Source of the DNA: Marsupella aquatica
Taxonomy: Eukaryota > Plantae > Marchantiophyta
Assembly: GCA_973895155.1 (NCBI GenBank)
Contig: OZ316895.1
Span: forward strand, 2,467,659-2,531,658
Direction of reading: 5' to 3'
DNA: 64,000 nt
How positions within the stretch are numbered: the stretch's first letter is position 1; every line of letters begins with the position of its first letter. The notes under the pieces are model-generated. The model searched no databases, was not told where the DNA came from, and was given only the letters and a program-made list of their open reading frames with translations. Made by a program: the position numbers and the translations under genes. Below are positions 50,909 to 64,000 of the stretch, piece after piece.

Positions 50909-53900
50909 GATCACTTGGCAATACTTCACACAAATCTGGGAGTAAGTTAACTTGATCATATGTCTAGCTTGAATCTACTACATCAGTGTTTTTTATTAGA
51001 AATATTCAAAAATGCTATTTATCCTATTGAATTGGAGGATATTAAACGTCATAACTGATAAAGTAAGAAAAAGGGGGAAAAGAACTGGACATGAACAGTG
51101 AAATATTGAACATGCTTTTACTATCATGACAAATAGAGTTGAAAAATAAGGAAGAAGACGGAGGGTGTATGGTAATGCAGCAAATTGTACTATCAGGTGG
51201 ATTGTACTATATTGCATTTAGAAAGCAGGCTCCCAGAAATCTAGAGTTAAAGACTCAACTGTCAGCTTTAGTGCTTAGCATAGTCATTGAATGACTTGAT
51301 TGGGGGTGGAACGCACTAAAGAACAATTTCAAACAAAAACAATTAATTTAAGGGGTTCTTTCATCTTAAAAGTAGAGAATAGACTCCCCCAAAGCAAATC
51401 AAAAATTAAATACTTACTCTGGCAATCCACCAAGATGCACTTGTGACTGCCCATCTCTTTTATTCTGCAGGATCCTTGTCAGAGCATGGGTGATTGACAT
51501 ACAAGAACACCACCTGACCACATTGTAAAGCTCAATTGTGACCAAATTAGTGGCAATTTAGCAAATGCCCTTGAAATTAACAACAGTAACCCAGGCTCTC
51601 TAGCAGCAACAAGGCAGGGGTTTGAATTCAAAGACTGAGTAGCATGCATGAACAGCAAATGTAGGGGAGGGAGCAAGGACAGGGAGCTTCTACATCAGAC
51701 ACAGGAACTGTCCAAGCTGGGAGATGAAACATTGCGCAAGGAATTCACATGATTGCAGGGCAAGGAAGAAAGTTCACATGCTATTAAGAGTGACAGAGTA
51801 GTTGAACCTGCCCATCTGAGAGAGAATGGGGGAGTGTTGTCGAGTACCAATTGTCCTGTTGGCAAGTTTGGCAGCAAATGCAAAGGTAATGAGAACTTTC
51901 GAGAAGGTTATTTAGTCGTGTACGACTCAAAGTCTCTCTCGCTGTGAAAAGGTCGCTGTGAAAAGGAAACCCAAACTTTTGTACTTGCCCAGCCCAAGCA
52001 GAATGGGCAGTTACATACGAATCAGAATCTATTGTCTGGATTGAGAGTTTTGGCCGCACCTCCTCTTCACAGAAAGAGTAATGCGGAACATTGGCTTGCT
52101 CGGTAGATTCTCTTAATGGGGGGATTGAAAACTTGGGCAAGTATCAATTAATCTCTGGTACCTGTTTGGCCTGAACTGTCTGGATTTGTTGTGTGAGGTC
52201 TCATCTGAGTAAATTATGTTAGTCATTGGCTATTGCAGAGCAGTGGAGGGAAAGTTGATTCGAGCTGATTTGATTTGCCTCTATTTCTCTCAATTCTGAC
52301 CAATTACTCAAGGTTCCATATGAATGCAAAGGGCACTTTTCTAACCTGTTTTATTTTTCTCTGAATTACGACAATTCCCTCTTGCGTTCACGTAGACCTC
52401 TTTTCACGGTGCACATTCCTCCCTGATGACCCCTTCCACTATGTTCCCCTTCCACTGAGTTCCCTGCACCTCCTCTAAATTTTTAGTTAAAGTCCTATTG
52501 CAAGAGTGCCACTGTGAAACACTACAGACTGCACATCATGCTACATACTGTGTCGGAAATCCCCCCCCAGGTGTAGTGGGCCATCACAGGGCCGATTGAG
52601 TCCCAAATGCATCTTGGCAGACTGTTAAGTCCACAAGATGCCATAGGGGCCTGTTAAGTCCAAACTTGTGAAATTTCTAAGATTGCTTGTGTGAACTGAC
52701 AATACTTGTACATCTGGTTAGGACATGATTAAATATGGACTTGAATTTATGTCAACCTAATTACTTGAAAAATTCGTCACCAGCACCTAAGATTAGAAAA
52801 TTGTCAAACAATAAGAGTATTCATTGACCTTCATTAACTCGTTTGTCTCGGCTGCAAAGTATGATTAAAGTATGGCTCTTGTTCTTCACATTCATATAAG
52901 AAGGGATGACCGTTTAAGGGCCCCTTTCCTATTGGAGAATGACTCTGAGGGGATTCTAAATGCCAGTTTGTTTTCTATTTTGTAGAGACATTTCTACACA
53001 AGCATGCTCCATGCTGTGTACGTTGTTTCTTTGTCACCTGAGCTTTCACTTCGAATTAATGCCATCGGAATCAGATCTGTTCAATTAATGATGACTGAGG
53101 GACTGTTATTGATCTGCCTCTTTCAGATTTTCAGAACGACCTCACTGACTCACTTGAATGGGATCTATGTAATGATGAGCCAGTAAACAACCCTTTCAGC
53201 CTTATATGACATGCGGCACATCCTCTCGCAGCCCGCAGAGTCGCAGCTGTTTAAAATGCCGTCCCACCATGTTCCATCGGCGGCGAGGTAGTTGTTAATT
53301 AATCAATTCCCATCAATGGGATACGAAGGAGCTTTCATGGCAAGAGCTAGGTCCGGCAACAATAATAGTGGGCCGACAACATTGGTTCTCCTTGGGACCT
53401 TTCGGAGTTCGCCAGTTCGGACCATACTTGTGAAGTATAACAATAATTAATCGGTACATCCTCGTTACTAACTTGTCGTATCAAGCGAAGAAATCATCAT
53501 TTCTTTCCCAGGACTTCTTTCGTGAGGAATGAACGTTTAAACGGTCAAAATCAGTTCGTGTACTCAGTGATACAACACAGCTTCCGCCAATCAAGCTCCA
53601 TGACGAGACAGAGTACTTCAGAAGAGCTCATGCACGAGACAGTATACTTCAGAAAAGCTCATGCAGTTTTCGAACAATTATCGACGTACGGGAGTCAAAA
53701 GATTACTTTTCAATCAAATGATGGATTGGATCTTGATGACTTGGGATACTATATTGTACAGTCGTTTGGCGATTGAAATTCACAGGGCAGTCTGCCATTG
53801 TCCGCTTACATCGAGATCCCCACTCAGGCAAGACCGGTGCAATTAGACAGATTTTTTGCTGTGGTAGTTTCTAAGAAACTAAGTCTAGCTTAGTTTTGTA

Positions 53901-56684
53901 GTGGATGCTCTTTCTGGCATAAAATGCTCAAAATGCTACACGAGGAAACACGATGTGATTACGGGTGTGATTACAAAGAAGTGAGTATATCACAATCTTT
54001 ATCTTTGAGGTGGACAAGTACTAGCGTCGTTCCATTGTGTCTTTGGACGTGACTGTGATCACCCGAAAACACAAACTGGCTGTAACTCGCTGTATAAACT
54101 TTTCACTCGCACTTTAAGGCACACGATAAAACGATGGGTCACGCTGCCAGAGAAAATTGCACCCGAGGCAGGCACCGGTAGTATGGACGCATGACCAAAA
54201 GGGGATTATAATTCAATCATAATCCAAAGCGCAATCAAGTGTGTAAGCTTGCTACAACTTACTTGTAAGTGTAAAGGACAATTCTCCCGTTGTTGTCGGG
54301 TGTAAAGTGGAGTGTCCCCCGTGGCATGCCAATCTGGGCGAATCGTGCCACGACAGCAAGTTCGACAACCAACACGACAGACGGTGAACAGTCCATGCCG
54401 ATTGAATCTACGGTCCAGAACCACCCCTAGCAGTGCGCTCACCGTCGTCTGGACGACGATGTGGAGGGCATACCGTACTGCACAGTTCTTGGAACAGTTG
54501 GACGGCGAATTCCAACCACAGTTGAGGCAAATGGTTCAACAGGTGTACCAACTGCGAAGGATTGCATGCGTGCTGTTGTGGGGATGGTTGGAAAGACCAA
54601 ACGGTAACAGAAAGGGGTACTCGAGTATCTGTTGTTGCCTTGAAGGTTGTCTTTGAACTACATTCATTGAAAAATCTATCTATTATTGCTGAGCGGCTGT
54701 TGTTGCCCTAAGACATTTCATTTAAACAGTTACTACTACTACTGGAGCGGCTGTTGCCTCGAACGACTACATTGAATTCCATTCATTGATCGAAACAGCT
54801 GCTACTGGAGCGACCTTGGCAATAGAAATCAGACTTTGGTTGGTAACATCTGGACACTATACAGTAGGGCGTACCAGAGCGCCAGTGCCACGCTTACAAG
54901 GAAAAGAAGAAGTAAGTTGGCTTGTAACAGCACGTAACATAGATAGTTGGTATGGTCTATTATCAAACCTAATTAGGAGCTACAGTAGACTTCATGTATA
55001 GCGTGGATGTGAGAATTGCAATTTAGACGAGTTGTTTGACAGAGGAATGGCTAGAGGAAACAATGAGATACCTTCACATTCACGTTTACCTTACAAATTT
55101 TCAATACCCCGCATTTCTTGTGGGTGTAATTTATCAGAACCATTACGGACAAAAGCCGTTTGACGAGGATCACGTGCGTGCACCTTGTTTCTGGCAGGAA
55201 AATGGTTCCCAGGAAAATGGAATCAGATCTGGTCCTACACCACATGAGTCGTCAGTACCATCATTCTTTCACATTGGAAGGACTGGTATTCAATGTCCAT
55301 TTCTGTCAGGCTTTTTGAAATTCATGTCAGGCTTTTGTGACTTGAAAGTGATATTCTCAGTTTCCTTTCACTGCATATTGTGGGGTTGTGACTTTAAAGT
55401 GATATTCTCAGTTTCCTTTCACTGCAAATTGTGGGGAAGTTTCTGTTTACTGCAATCACGGATTTTCCTTGGATCTCGGTCTCTCGCCTGGAACGCACTA
55501 CAACTGTTCCCCATTTCTAGGCATGTGGATGAGGATGGGTGCTCTGACGTGACGCTAGGAGACTAGGCATAACCGAAACTCAGGAAGTAACAATTTCAGA
55601 AGCTCGGGGATAGTTGCGAGCCAAAGCCTGGATTACGGTTGAATAATAATCCCCGGTACTAGAACTGACTGATATAAACCGCCAGTTTCCACTTTCAAAA
55701 GTGGCTACTTTGTGGTGGGTTAGAATAAAGATAATGAAGAAAGGTACACGGTTGGATGCCAAAGTTATAACATGAACAATTTTACGACTCTTAAATAGAG
55801 GCTGCGGACATTCCTCCACAGTTTGCATTCTCAAGGATACTTTTGAGTGGCGAAGAATACAACACACAAAGAAAGACCCTTCAGTAGAAGATGATTTGAC
55901 TAGATGCAGTCTGAACTGCTGCAGTACCTCACGAGAGAATTCTTTACCAACCTGACTGCACTGAAAAACATGTTGAAGGAGTGCAATTTATGCAAGAGGC
56001 AAACCAACAAAATCCGACAAATCAGGAACATATATATTTTATTTACAGCATTACAGGGAATGAGTGTGTCAGGAAAATTGCTCATCGTGAACCTTCGGGT
56101 AGAAGCCTGAATGGCGAGAGTCCAGTTCACATATGGTAGGGCCACAACTAACAAAGACTAGTAACCAATCCTGTGGAGAAATGAGTGGTCAACTAGGTGA
56201 ATGTGTAAGGCCAAAACCTAAGAGGAGCGACTGTACTGTCCACTGCAAGTCACCCAGAAGAAATCACTATTGTCATCTGGATCTGATAACACACCGATAC
56301 TCCTGGAAATATACATAAATATCTGTTACTCTTTGCAATTTCAGCCGAAGGGACCCTTGATTAGGCGCAATGGGTCACTGCTGTAGAGCCAACTCCTCTA
56401 TGTAGAAGCCCCGTTCTCAAACACATAGGAAAAACCGTAAGTCAACCTATTAGCACCAAAGAAAAACTTAGTAGGGTTGTGCAGTAGAAGAAAAGCAATT
56501 GCAACATCTCCAGTTGGTGCAGCCTTTTTACATATGCACAACTCAATGAGGGAGAAAAGATTCTACATCCCGCCCCTGTTCGCAAAGGGGCAACCAACGA
56601 TGACAACATCACAAGCTGTCCGGACATAGAACATTGTGAAGACATTCCACGGTCGCCAGGCAGATTAACAGCAAATAACTTAGC

Positions 56685-59600
56685 TTAAGATGCAACAGCC
56701 ACATCACCGACACTTGGAACTACATCAGTGGTAGTCTTAGCAGCATGTTTGCTTGCTGCCTCCCGCTTTGCAGCACTGCTTAGAATCGGTATACTGGCTT
56801 TAAGCTTTTCACGTTTAGCCTTCACGACCTTCTCTTTTACATCTTCTGAGACTGCGGCAGTGCGGTTAACCTTTTCACCAGTTACGACACTCCCATCACT
56901 GTTCTCTGTGATTCCATTCGCTGTGTGGATGCTATTCTCTGCAGTTCCGTTCGTGGCTCCGTTGGAAGGCATTCCATTCGTAGCATGACTCGCGAAAGAT
57001 TCACTTCCAGGCGGGGCTGCATCACCTTTGCCATCTGCAACTGCTTCGGCACTAACTGTCTTCGCCTCCTTGCTCTGCACCGCAGAATCCGGCCCAGTTA
57101 AATCAATGCTATCGTCTTTGGCATCAGTCTTGACAGCCACTGACCCAGGAGCCTGAATCTTGGGATTCTCTAGTCGCCCGTTGCTCTTAGAGGATTTTAA
57201 AGTTTTGTCACTCGACGTCTTCGCAAGGCTCGTCTTTTTTACAGCGGCTTTCTTGGGAGCAGAAGCGTCTTTATTGTCATCTGAGTGGCCATTGCTCTTG
57301 TAGTCAGGCTCCGCACGACCAGATTTAGACAACCTAGACTCACGCTCTGACTCTGAGCCGATACCAGTACCGACAGCACTGCTGCGGCGCGAAGTACCCA
57401 ACTTCGGAGATTTCGCTCGAGTGGTTGGAATCTGCCATGCAAGAACAGAGGAAAAGATTAGCTTTCATAGTTTCCAGCGTTTAGCAAGAATCAGGCCTCA
57501 GGTTTGGCGAAGACATCCAGGATGTATCAGAAACAGCTTTAGGTTACAGCTATTTCAGCTTTAAAAAATCCAGTATTTCGAGAGGAGCCGGACATCTAGA
57601 TCTATACACTTAAAACGACTCATACCTTCTTGATCTCCACTTTTGGTGGAGGCGCTTCCTGATAAAAGGTTGGCATGGGATTAGCCTTGAAAGTCAGACT
57701 CTTTCGTAGCTCTCTAATTTTTGCTTCGGCCTCTTCCTGCAAATAAGAGGGCAAAATTGATATCTTCATGACTGATGATCGAACATAATGACAGTGTACA
57801 TGGGATCAATCCCTTGGTCCAAAGGCCAAACGCCAACGTTACCTACACATGATCAGTGAGTAAGTTCGTTTCTGTGGTATGGGTACAATGTGAAAAGCAT
57901 TGGGAGAGAGTGGAAGTAATTCTAACCTGAGTCTTGGCTTCAATCTGGGTTTTCTCTGCCTCCTTGGCACTTAATCTCTCTTCCAGCTTGTTGTAATACT
58001 GCACTCGCGAAGCACACACTGAAGTCAGGGGACTTGTTAGATATTCCTTTACATCACTGAAATACAAACTCGATTAAACTCGAAAAATTCTTGAAGGGGA
58101 TGTGCAAGGATTATTCCGATGTACCAGCTGGGCTATTATCACACTTCGACTAATGGTCTCTGCATTTTAGTCTAACGTACTGTCTTCCGGAGGTAGCCTC
58201 CGTATGATCATATTCATACCTCTCGGCGTTTCTCAGCCCGCTCATCACACTTGAACTGAAAGCTGCTTGCACTGGTGGTGGGCTGGTTTGGTTTAACCTT
58301 CAAAGCAGGATATTTCGTGGAACCCTGTCGAGCATCCTCATCAGAGGATGATGGAGCAGGTGCAGATTTCACCCGGCCAGTGCTCTCCTGATACCGTCTG
58401 ACGAAAGACGTCGACTCATCAGTAAATCCCAAGACCACATCGGAGGAAAATAACGACGCTGTCTTCATGGTGAGAATACAAATCTATCCTAACTTGACCT
58501 GAATTTTATCGTCGTTGTGGTGAAACGATTTTCCATGGGAGACATTCCTAGGAAAAGCCGCAAAAACAAATCTGAATATTTCAGGGCAAAGCGACGTCAG
58601 CTAGTCCTAACACTTACTTTATTGGTTCAGGCTTTGTCACAGCCGATGGTTTCATGGTCGTCTTCCCTGGGGCCTAGACAGTTGATTCAAGAATGTTAGT
58701 CATTCTTTCAATACCTTGAAGCAATGGAATGGTCAAGGACATATATACACAACTCGTGACAGATTGACGATATGAGAATTACGAATAATTTTTAATTAGT
58801 TTCAAAACCGAATTCCTGAGGTACTCAATGAATCACAAGCTGCCATAAAAGTTGCTTTCCAAGTCTGACAAAACAGCGAGGCAACGAAGAAGAAGACTAT
58901 CCAACCGGTCCCTAACACACAAGCTTTGCAAAGACCTTTTTTACTGGAGGAGTATTCTTTGCTCCTTCTGCGTCGGGAACACGTCCACCAAGAGAAGCTC
59001 GTTTGTCGGTTGCCAAAGCGAAAGGTTGGGGCACAGTCAGTTTTGTACGAGATTGGACTCCATTTAATAGCCGGGTAACGATAGCTGGCGTGGTGGGTAG
59101 AGATCGCGGTTCACCATCAACCGCGCCATCTCCATGTCTCTTTCTCTTTGGTGTTCCATCTAACTCTGTCTTACTCCCATTCTTGATCGTAGGAGTTGGA
59201 GCACTTGACGCACGGACCTTTGATACCCGAATCGTTGGCGTTGGTCCTTTTCTGTTGACGGTGGCTCCTGTTTTTTGACCCTTCTGTTCCCCTCCATTGG
59301 CCTAGAATGCGCACAGCACAGAGTCAGCAGAGAAGCTGCGACAAGCTGAGCACATGAAGAATTACATACTGCATCCAGGTGCAACGCATATCAAACGTTG
59401 AAACGAGACCCAACGGAGCGAAGATCGACTAAAAGTACAGGACTGATTGAAGAGTTTCGCGCGACCGAATGGTGAAGTCAGTCAGTTTCAGAATCGAGCT
59501 GGCCGTCCCGATCAAAGAGGGTGAACGCCCCGATATACTGATATAAGGTAGATTGAATGTAGCTGACGGTACAACACTGATCTGAAGAGAAGCATACCTT

Positions 59601-60026
59601 GGCGTCCCGCAGGTCTCTGCCGCCAGCGTCTTCCTTTCCTCCGTTTACTCCCTCCATCTTACCTGTTGCTTCAACATCCTCTCGAATTTTAAGACCTTCA
59701 CCAGCTTCAAACTCTTCAGCTAAGAGCAGAAGCTTTTGAAATTCACTTGTGGCGGTTAGATGCTCACCGTTCTCTGCTCCAGCTTTGACACCGTGACTAA
59801 TTACATGCTTCTCGTCTCCTTTCTCGTCGGTGCCTTCTTCACAATGCTGATCGCCATCACTCGTGACGCTATTGATCGCGATTTCCTTTCCAGTCATACT
59901 GGCATTCAGATCCAATGCGTCGTCTACATTCATACTGTCCTCCTGTTCCCCGTTCTGTGCTCCGGAAAAGTCTAAGGTCCTTGCTACAGGGAAAAGCTCT
60001 GGTTCATTGCATACCGAATTGCTCAT
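56685..60026 (-). CDS. WVD2-like (WDL) microtubule-associated protein with TPX2/KLEEK domain, multi-exon
   Basis: Exons encode FQFKCDERAEKRRE / YYNKLEERLSAKEAEK / EEAEAKIRELRKSLTFKANPMP...PPPKVEIKK / IPTTRAKSPKLG. Last exon ends at 56685. Start at 60026 and the middle exons are less certain. 5' leader probably extends to ~62.5 kb. Confidence 0.88.
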
Positions 60027-63000
60027 GTTATTGCAGATGTCCCCTGGATACTACTTGAGAGAAACTTGAAGCTCTTGAGAAGCCTCTTGTCACCCTCACT
60101 CTTAAGAGAAGAAGAATGCCATCAATCTGCGTGCAAGCACAAATGATCATCAGAAATACAATGCCAAGTAGACGAACGTGAAGAACCCTTCCCAAAGTGA
60201 TGGTTGATGATGGGGAAGAATCAAGCAGGAAAGGCGAAACACCCAGTCGTATAACAGCGACTTCTTAACATGTACTGTACAGTACTCCGAGACGACAGCC
60301 CGACCCTGTTCTGGCCATCGTTGAGGAAGACTAAGACAAAACAGGTAAATGCTACACGAACCATCAAAATTCATCCCATATATCCACAGAATTCAATGAA
60401 GCCAGCAAAAACCTTAACCGCACCATAGAGAGCGGCTATGTATCACGAACATGACGGATTTCGTGAAGATAACAGAAAATTCAAGATTGAAAGCGTCTCT
60501 GCCGTAGCGATACTCTCTCGAGGAACGGAAAACGAAGTCTATTTCACTGAGTGAGTACGAGATAGGATCACGGAGAGCACTGGTAAGTTTCGAACGTGGT
60601 CGACGGTCGGTCTGCAACTAAAGCGCAAACGGGCTGCTTCGAAGCAATGATAGCGAATCCAGAAGAACGCAGTGCGACTTCGATCTTTACAAATACGAAC
60701 ATAGCATTGATTAAAACCGAACGCGTGGTGAGTGAGATGCCCCGACTGACCCCTTAGAAGTTCCGAAGCAAAATGTCGCTTGAAGTACCGACCGAGGCAT
60801 CAATACTGTTCGTTCTGTCCTAGAGTTGCCCTACGTCTCTATTGCAGAGGAGCAAGCCTTCGGTTTAATGTTCCGCGAAAAGAAAGGACATGGATAAGGA
60901 ATTTGCCGTTCGAATCGGCAAATCGCGCCTGTCAAAGCTGTGTCTTGATCTTAAGAGAATGGGTTCCAAACTAATAGACCGCGCCCGACAATCTCCTACA
61001 TTATGTCAATGAACATCGTATCCATCCAGGCAAGCTAGGCCAGAGGAGCTAGGCCCTGAATATCGGACATATCACCTAGCAGACGGCTTTCACAATCATC
61101 AGCTGGGAGCAATCTAGCAGATCGCCTCAATCAAGCTTACTTCGGGGTTTACAGGACAGATCCATGGTGCTGATGGATTACATTGCTTGCGATGTTGCAG
61201 AAACCACAAAGTCACACTGCAGGACACGCACAAATTCCGAGCATCCAAAAGTAACTGCTAACTGCATCTGATACGAGATTTAGCTCTTCAAAGTGTCGTG
61301 ACGTAGTGATGCGCATCGACCTCGAAGAAAATGTACAATGCCACTCATTCCCCAGAGTAGCCTGATCAGACACTCGACAAACACATGGCGATTCAAACCT
61401 ACCCTCAGACATTCCTCTCAGATAACTCAAACCCAAGGCCGTCATATCCACAGCCGTATCGGCGAAGGTGTCGATCCAACAGCCTTCCGTACCCCTCGAT
61501 TCTGCTTCTCATCTTTCTCAGAGAACATATACAAATTCACAGACTGATCGCCAGAAGAATTCTTCATTTACAACACAAGAGGACCTGCAATCGCTTCTCT
61601 CGGCTGATCGCTCTTTACGATACCATGAAGGAAATTGTTTCATGGTTTACCTGATGTCCAGCGGTTGGCCGCATCACCTTCGTTCGCCACTCATCTTCGA
61701 AATGCGGGGCTCAGATTGGGCACGGCTACTGAACAGGAGGAACGAATGGGAAACTGAGCTGGGCACAAACACGGAAATGATAATAGATCGAGCTCAAATG
61801 GCAGACTAGTCAGGGCGCGAATGCGAAATCCGGGAGAGACGACAGAGTAAGGATCAGCTCCAGAGACAAACGGGCGAAGAAGAGAAGCTGCAGAGGATAA
61901 TGCGGAATCCAGGACACAAGAACTGGCAACAGAACCACTCTCAGAGGACGCCGTGAAATCGGATGGGAATGATGGATGACAGTGGCGTCCGATCCGGACG
62001 ATGCCAAACCGGGGCAGGCAGGAAGGCAGGCAATCAGAAACGGTCCTTCCAGAGTACAAATGTCCAACGAATGCAAAATTGAAAAGGATGAATCGAGATA
62101 CGTACGAATAAAAAAACCCGGCGGCACACCGCACTGAACCAAACACGCGACAGCCAGTCGTCCCAGTGACAGTAGAAAACCGGCGTAGCAGTAAGACGAG
62201 ATCGACTTTCACCTCGGCAGCAAAATCGTGGCGATGATTCACAACTCCGCACGAGACAAGAGCAGGGCCCGGTCAGAAACTCGAAGGGAAAACCTGACAC
62301 CTCAGGAAGCTGCCTAAACGGGACCGATAGGACGAATCAACGAAGTGAGCAACGATCATTAGCGCTGAAGGGCCCAGCTCCGCAGGGAACAGAAGATAGA
62401 ACAAGGAATGCGCATAAGCATATGGACCAATAGAGCGATGGATGATGATCGACGTGCGAAACAATGAGGCAAGGAGCGATCGTGGCGAAGGAACGCAAGG
62501 GCTAGAGTAAGAACTTGTCGGTCAGTGGGTTGCTCAGTGCAGAGCTCCTGAGGCCGTGCAGAGATACGTTTGCTCGCAGAGATGGAAGTAGCGCTCGGCA
62601 AGCGACACAGGGAGGGAGGGGGCCAGGGGGGGAGGAGGGGGGAGATCGTACGCGAGGTGTGCGGGAGATGCAGCTGGTTTGGAGCTTACTGCCAATGTCA
62701 GGCAGACGAGAGAAATGCTCATGCGCGGGAGAGAAAGCCCGCTCTCTCTTTTTCGTCACATCAATCCCTACAGTTCGTACTACTCACTACTACTGGAGCG
62801 GACTGCTGTCCTGCATAGCGGCAAGAGCAGGGTAAAAACAGGCTCGGTAGGCGTCGGGAGCGAGGCTTCCAGGCTCGGCGAGAATCATAGGGTACGCTTT
62901 CCAGGTTTGGCAGGGGTTTCTAACCTCGGGGGGTTGCTGGCTCGGACCGGTAGACCGCCAACTGTCCCAGGTTTTTCAAAAAATTACCCCCCTTTTTTGG

Positions 63001-64000
63001 ATATCGCGTACCACGAGGAGTTTCCAATGAGTTGGTCGTGAGTCGTGACTCAGGTGGCGAGCGACCAGCCGGCCGTGGCTGGGGCTGGGGTGAGGGTGGA
63101 GACTAATCCAAGTGCGGTTTCATACAGTTAGTGTGAATTAGGAACGAATAGTTATCACGCTTCCACCTTTCTCCTGGAGTTAGGGTGGGTGTCCGGGTTT
63201 CCATGTTGCACTAGAGGATCAAACCAGTGGACTCTCCCAGTTTTTCTCTGAGCATTGGAGACCAGTGAAGATTGATCCATGGGAATAATTTGAGGGTCCT
63301 GGTCCCGCCCATCATGCCCTTGTGAGATTCTTCTCCTTAAGTTGTCACTGGCCATCAGGGTTCAAGGAGAACAAGAGAGTGGATATTTTTTACTTGCTTG
63401 AGAAACATTTTGGATTTATTTTAGTACCCTAGATTCACCAGGTTTTGCATGGCGGCTATAGGGGGGTTTAACCTGACTCCTGGCACCTTTTCTGCTCAAA
63501 CTTAACTCCAAACAACTTTTCACCTTTCATACTCCTCCTACACCCACAACTATCAGGCATTGTCATTGCCCTTGGGCTTCGCTAGTGCAAAACTTGAATT
63601 GCAAACAAGCAATCCCCAAACAAAACCTGGTGGATCCAGGTTTACAAAAGTAGTCAATAATGCTCCAAAGAAAACTTTTAAGGTACAATACATTATTGTC
63701 ATCCCAAATGTGGTGGTTTAAGTGGCTTTGGTGTGCTTTGAACCTTGGCATGAGCTAGGGCACACACTACAAGGGGTGGCCATTTTCCCACTGCCCTTAG
63801 AACCTTGCTCTGTGGCGTTACATTGCATTTAGGACACACGGGTAACACTCATTGTGCCCCAGCTTGAGGCAAATTGGGAAGAAACCCTTCCTAGATAGGA
63901 GTAGGGGTGGGATTCAAAAGGCCCTAGCTAGTGGTGGCGTTGGGGATGAGGGTGTGGCGCTGGAGCTTTCGCGTAATGACGCCACATGAGTTTCAGATCG

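Noticed and set aside
51470-52160. Possible exon-like coding remnant
   Set aside because: Short broken frames without recognisable homology.

Overview
Eukaryotic land-plant nuclear DNA, probably a bryophyte or liverwort (inferred from spliced plant-type genes with long intron-containing 5' leaders). Four host genes are recognisable: an intronless ~7-TM membrane protein (22021-23280 +), a dormancy/auxin-associated DRM1/ARP gene (32435-34065 -), a plastid-type MsrB (44622-47296 -) and a WVD2/WDL TPX2-domain protein (56685-60026 -). Decayed LINE fragments and small repeats lie between them. The outstanding feature is a 9.6-kb Ty3/gypsy-type retroelement (6861-16446, 4-bp TSD TCAA, TGTC...GACA ends). 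It encodes one polyprotein, Gag-protease-C5 cytosine methyltransferase-RT-RNase H-DDE integrase-PHD finger. Instead of two normal LTRs it has split direct repeats, A1...B1-A2-B2. The junctions look like a 2-LTR circle integrated through a palindrome inside the LTR. It also has a putative Tf1-like self-priming site and an antisense 5S rRNA-derived Pol III promoter in its 5' leader.
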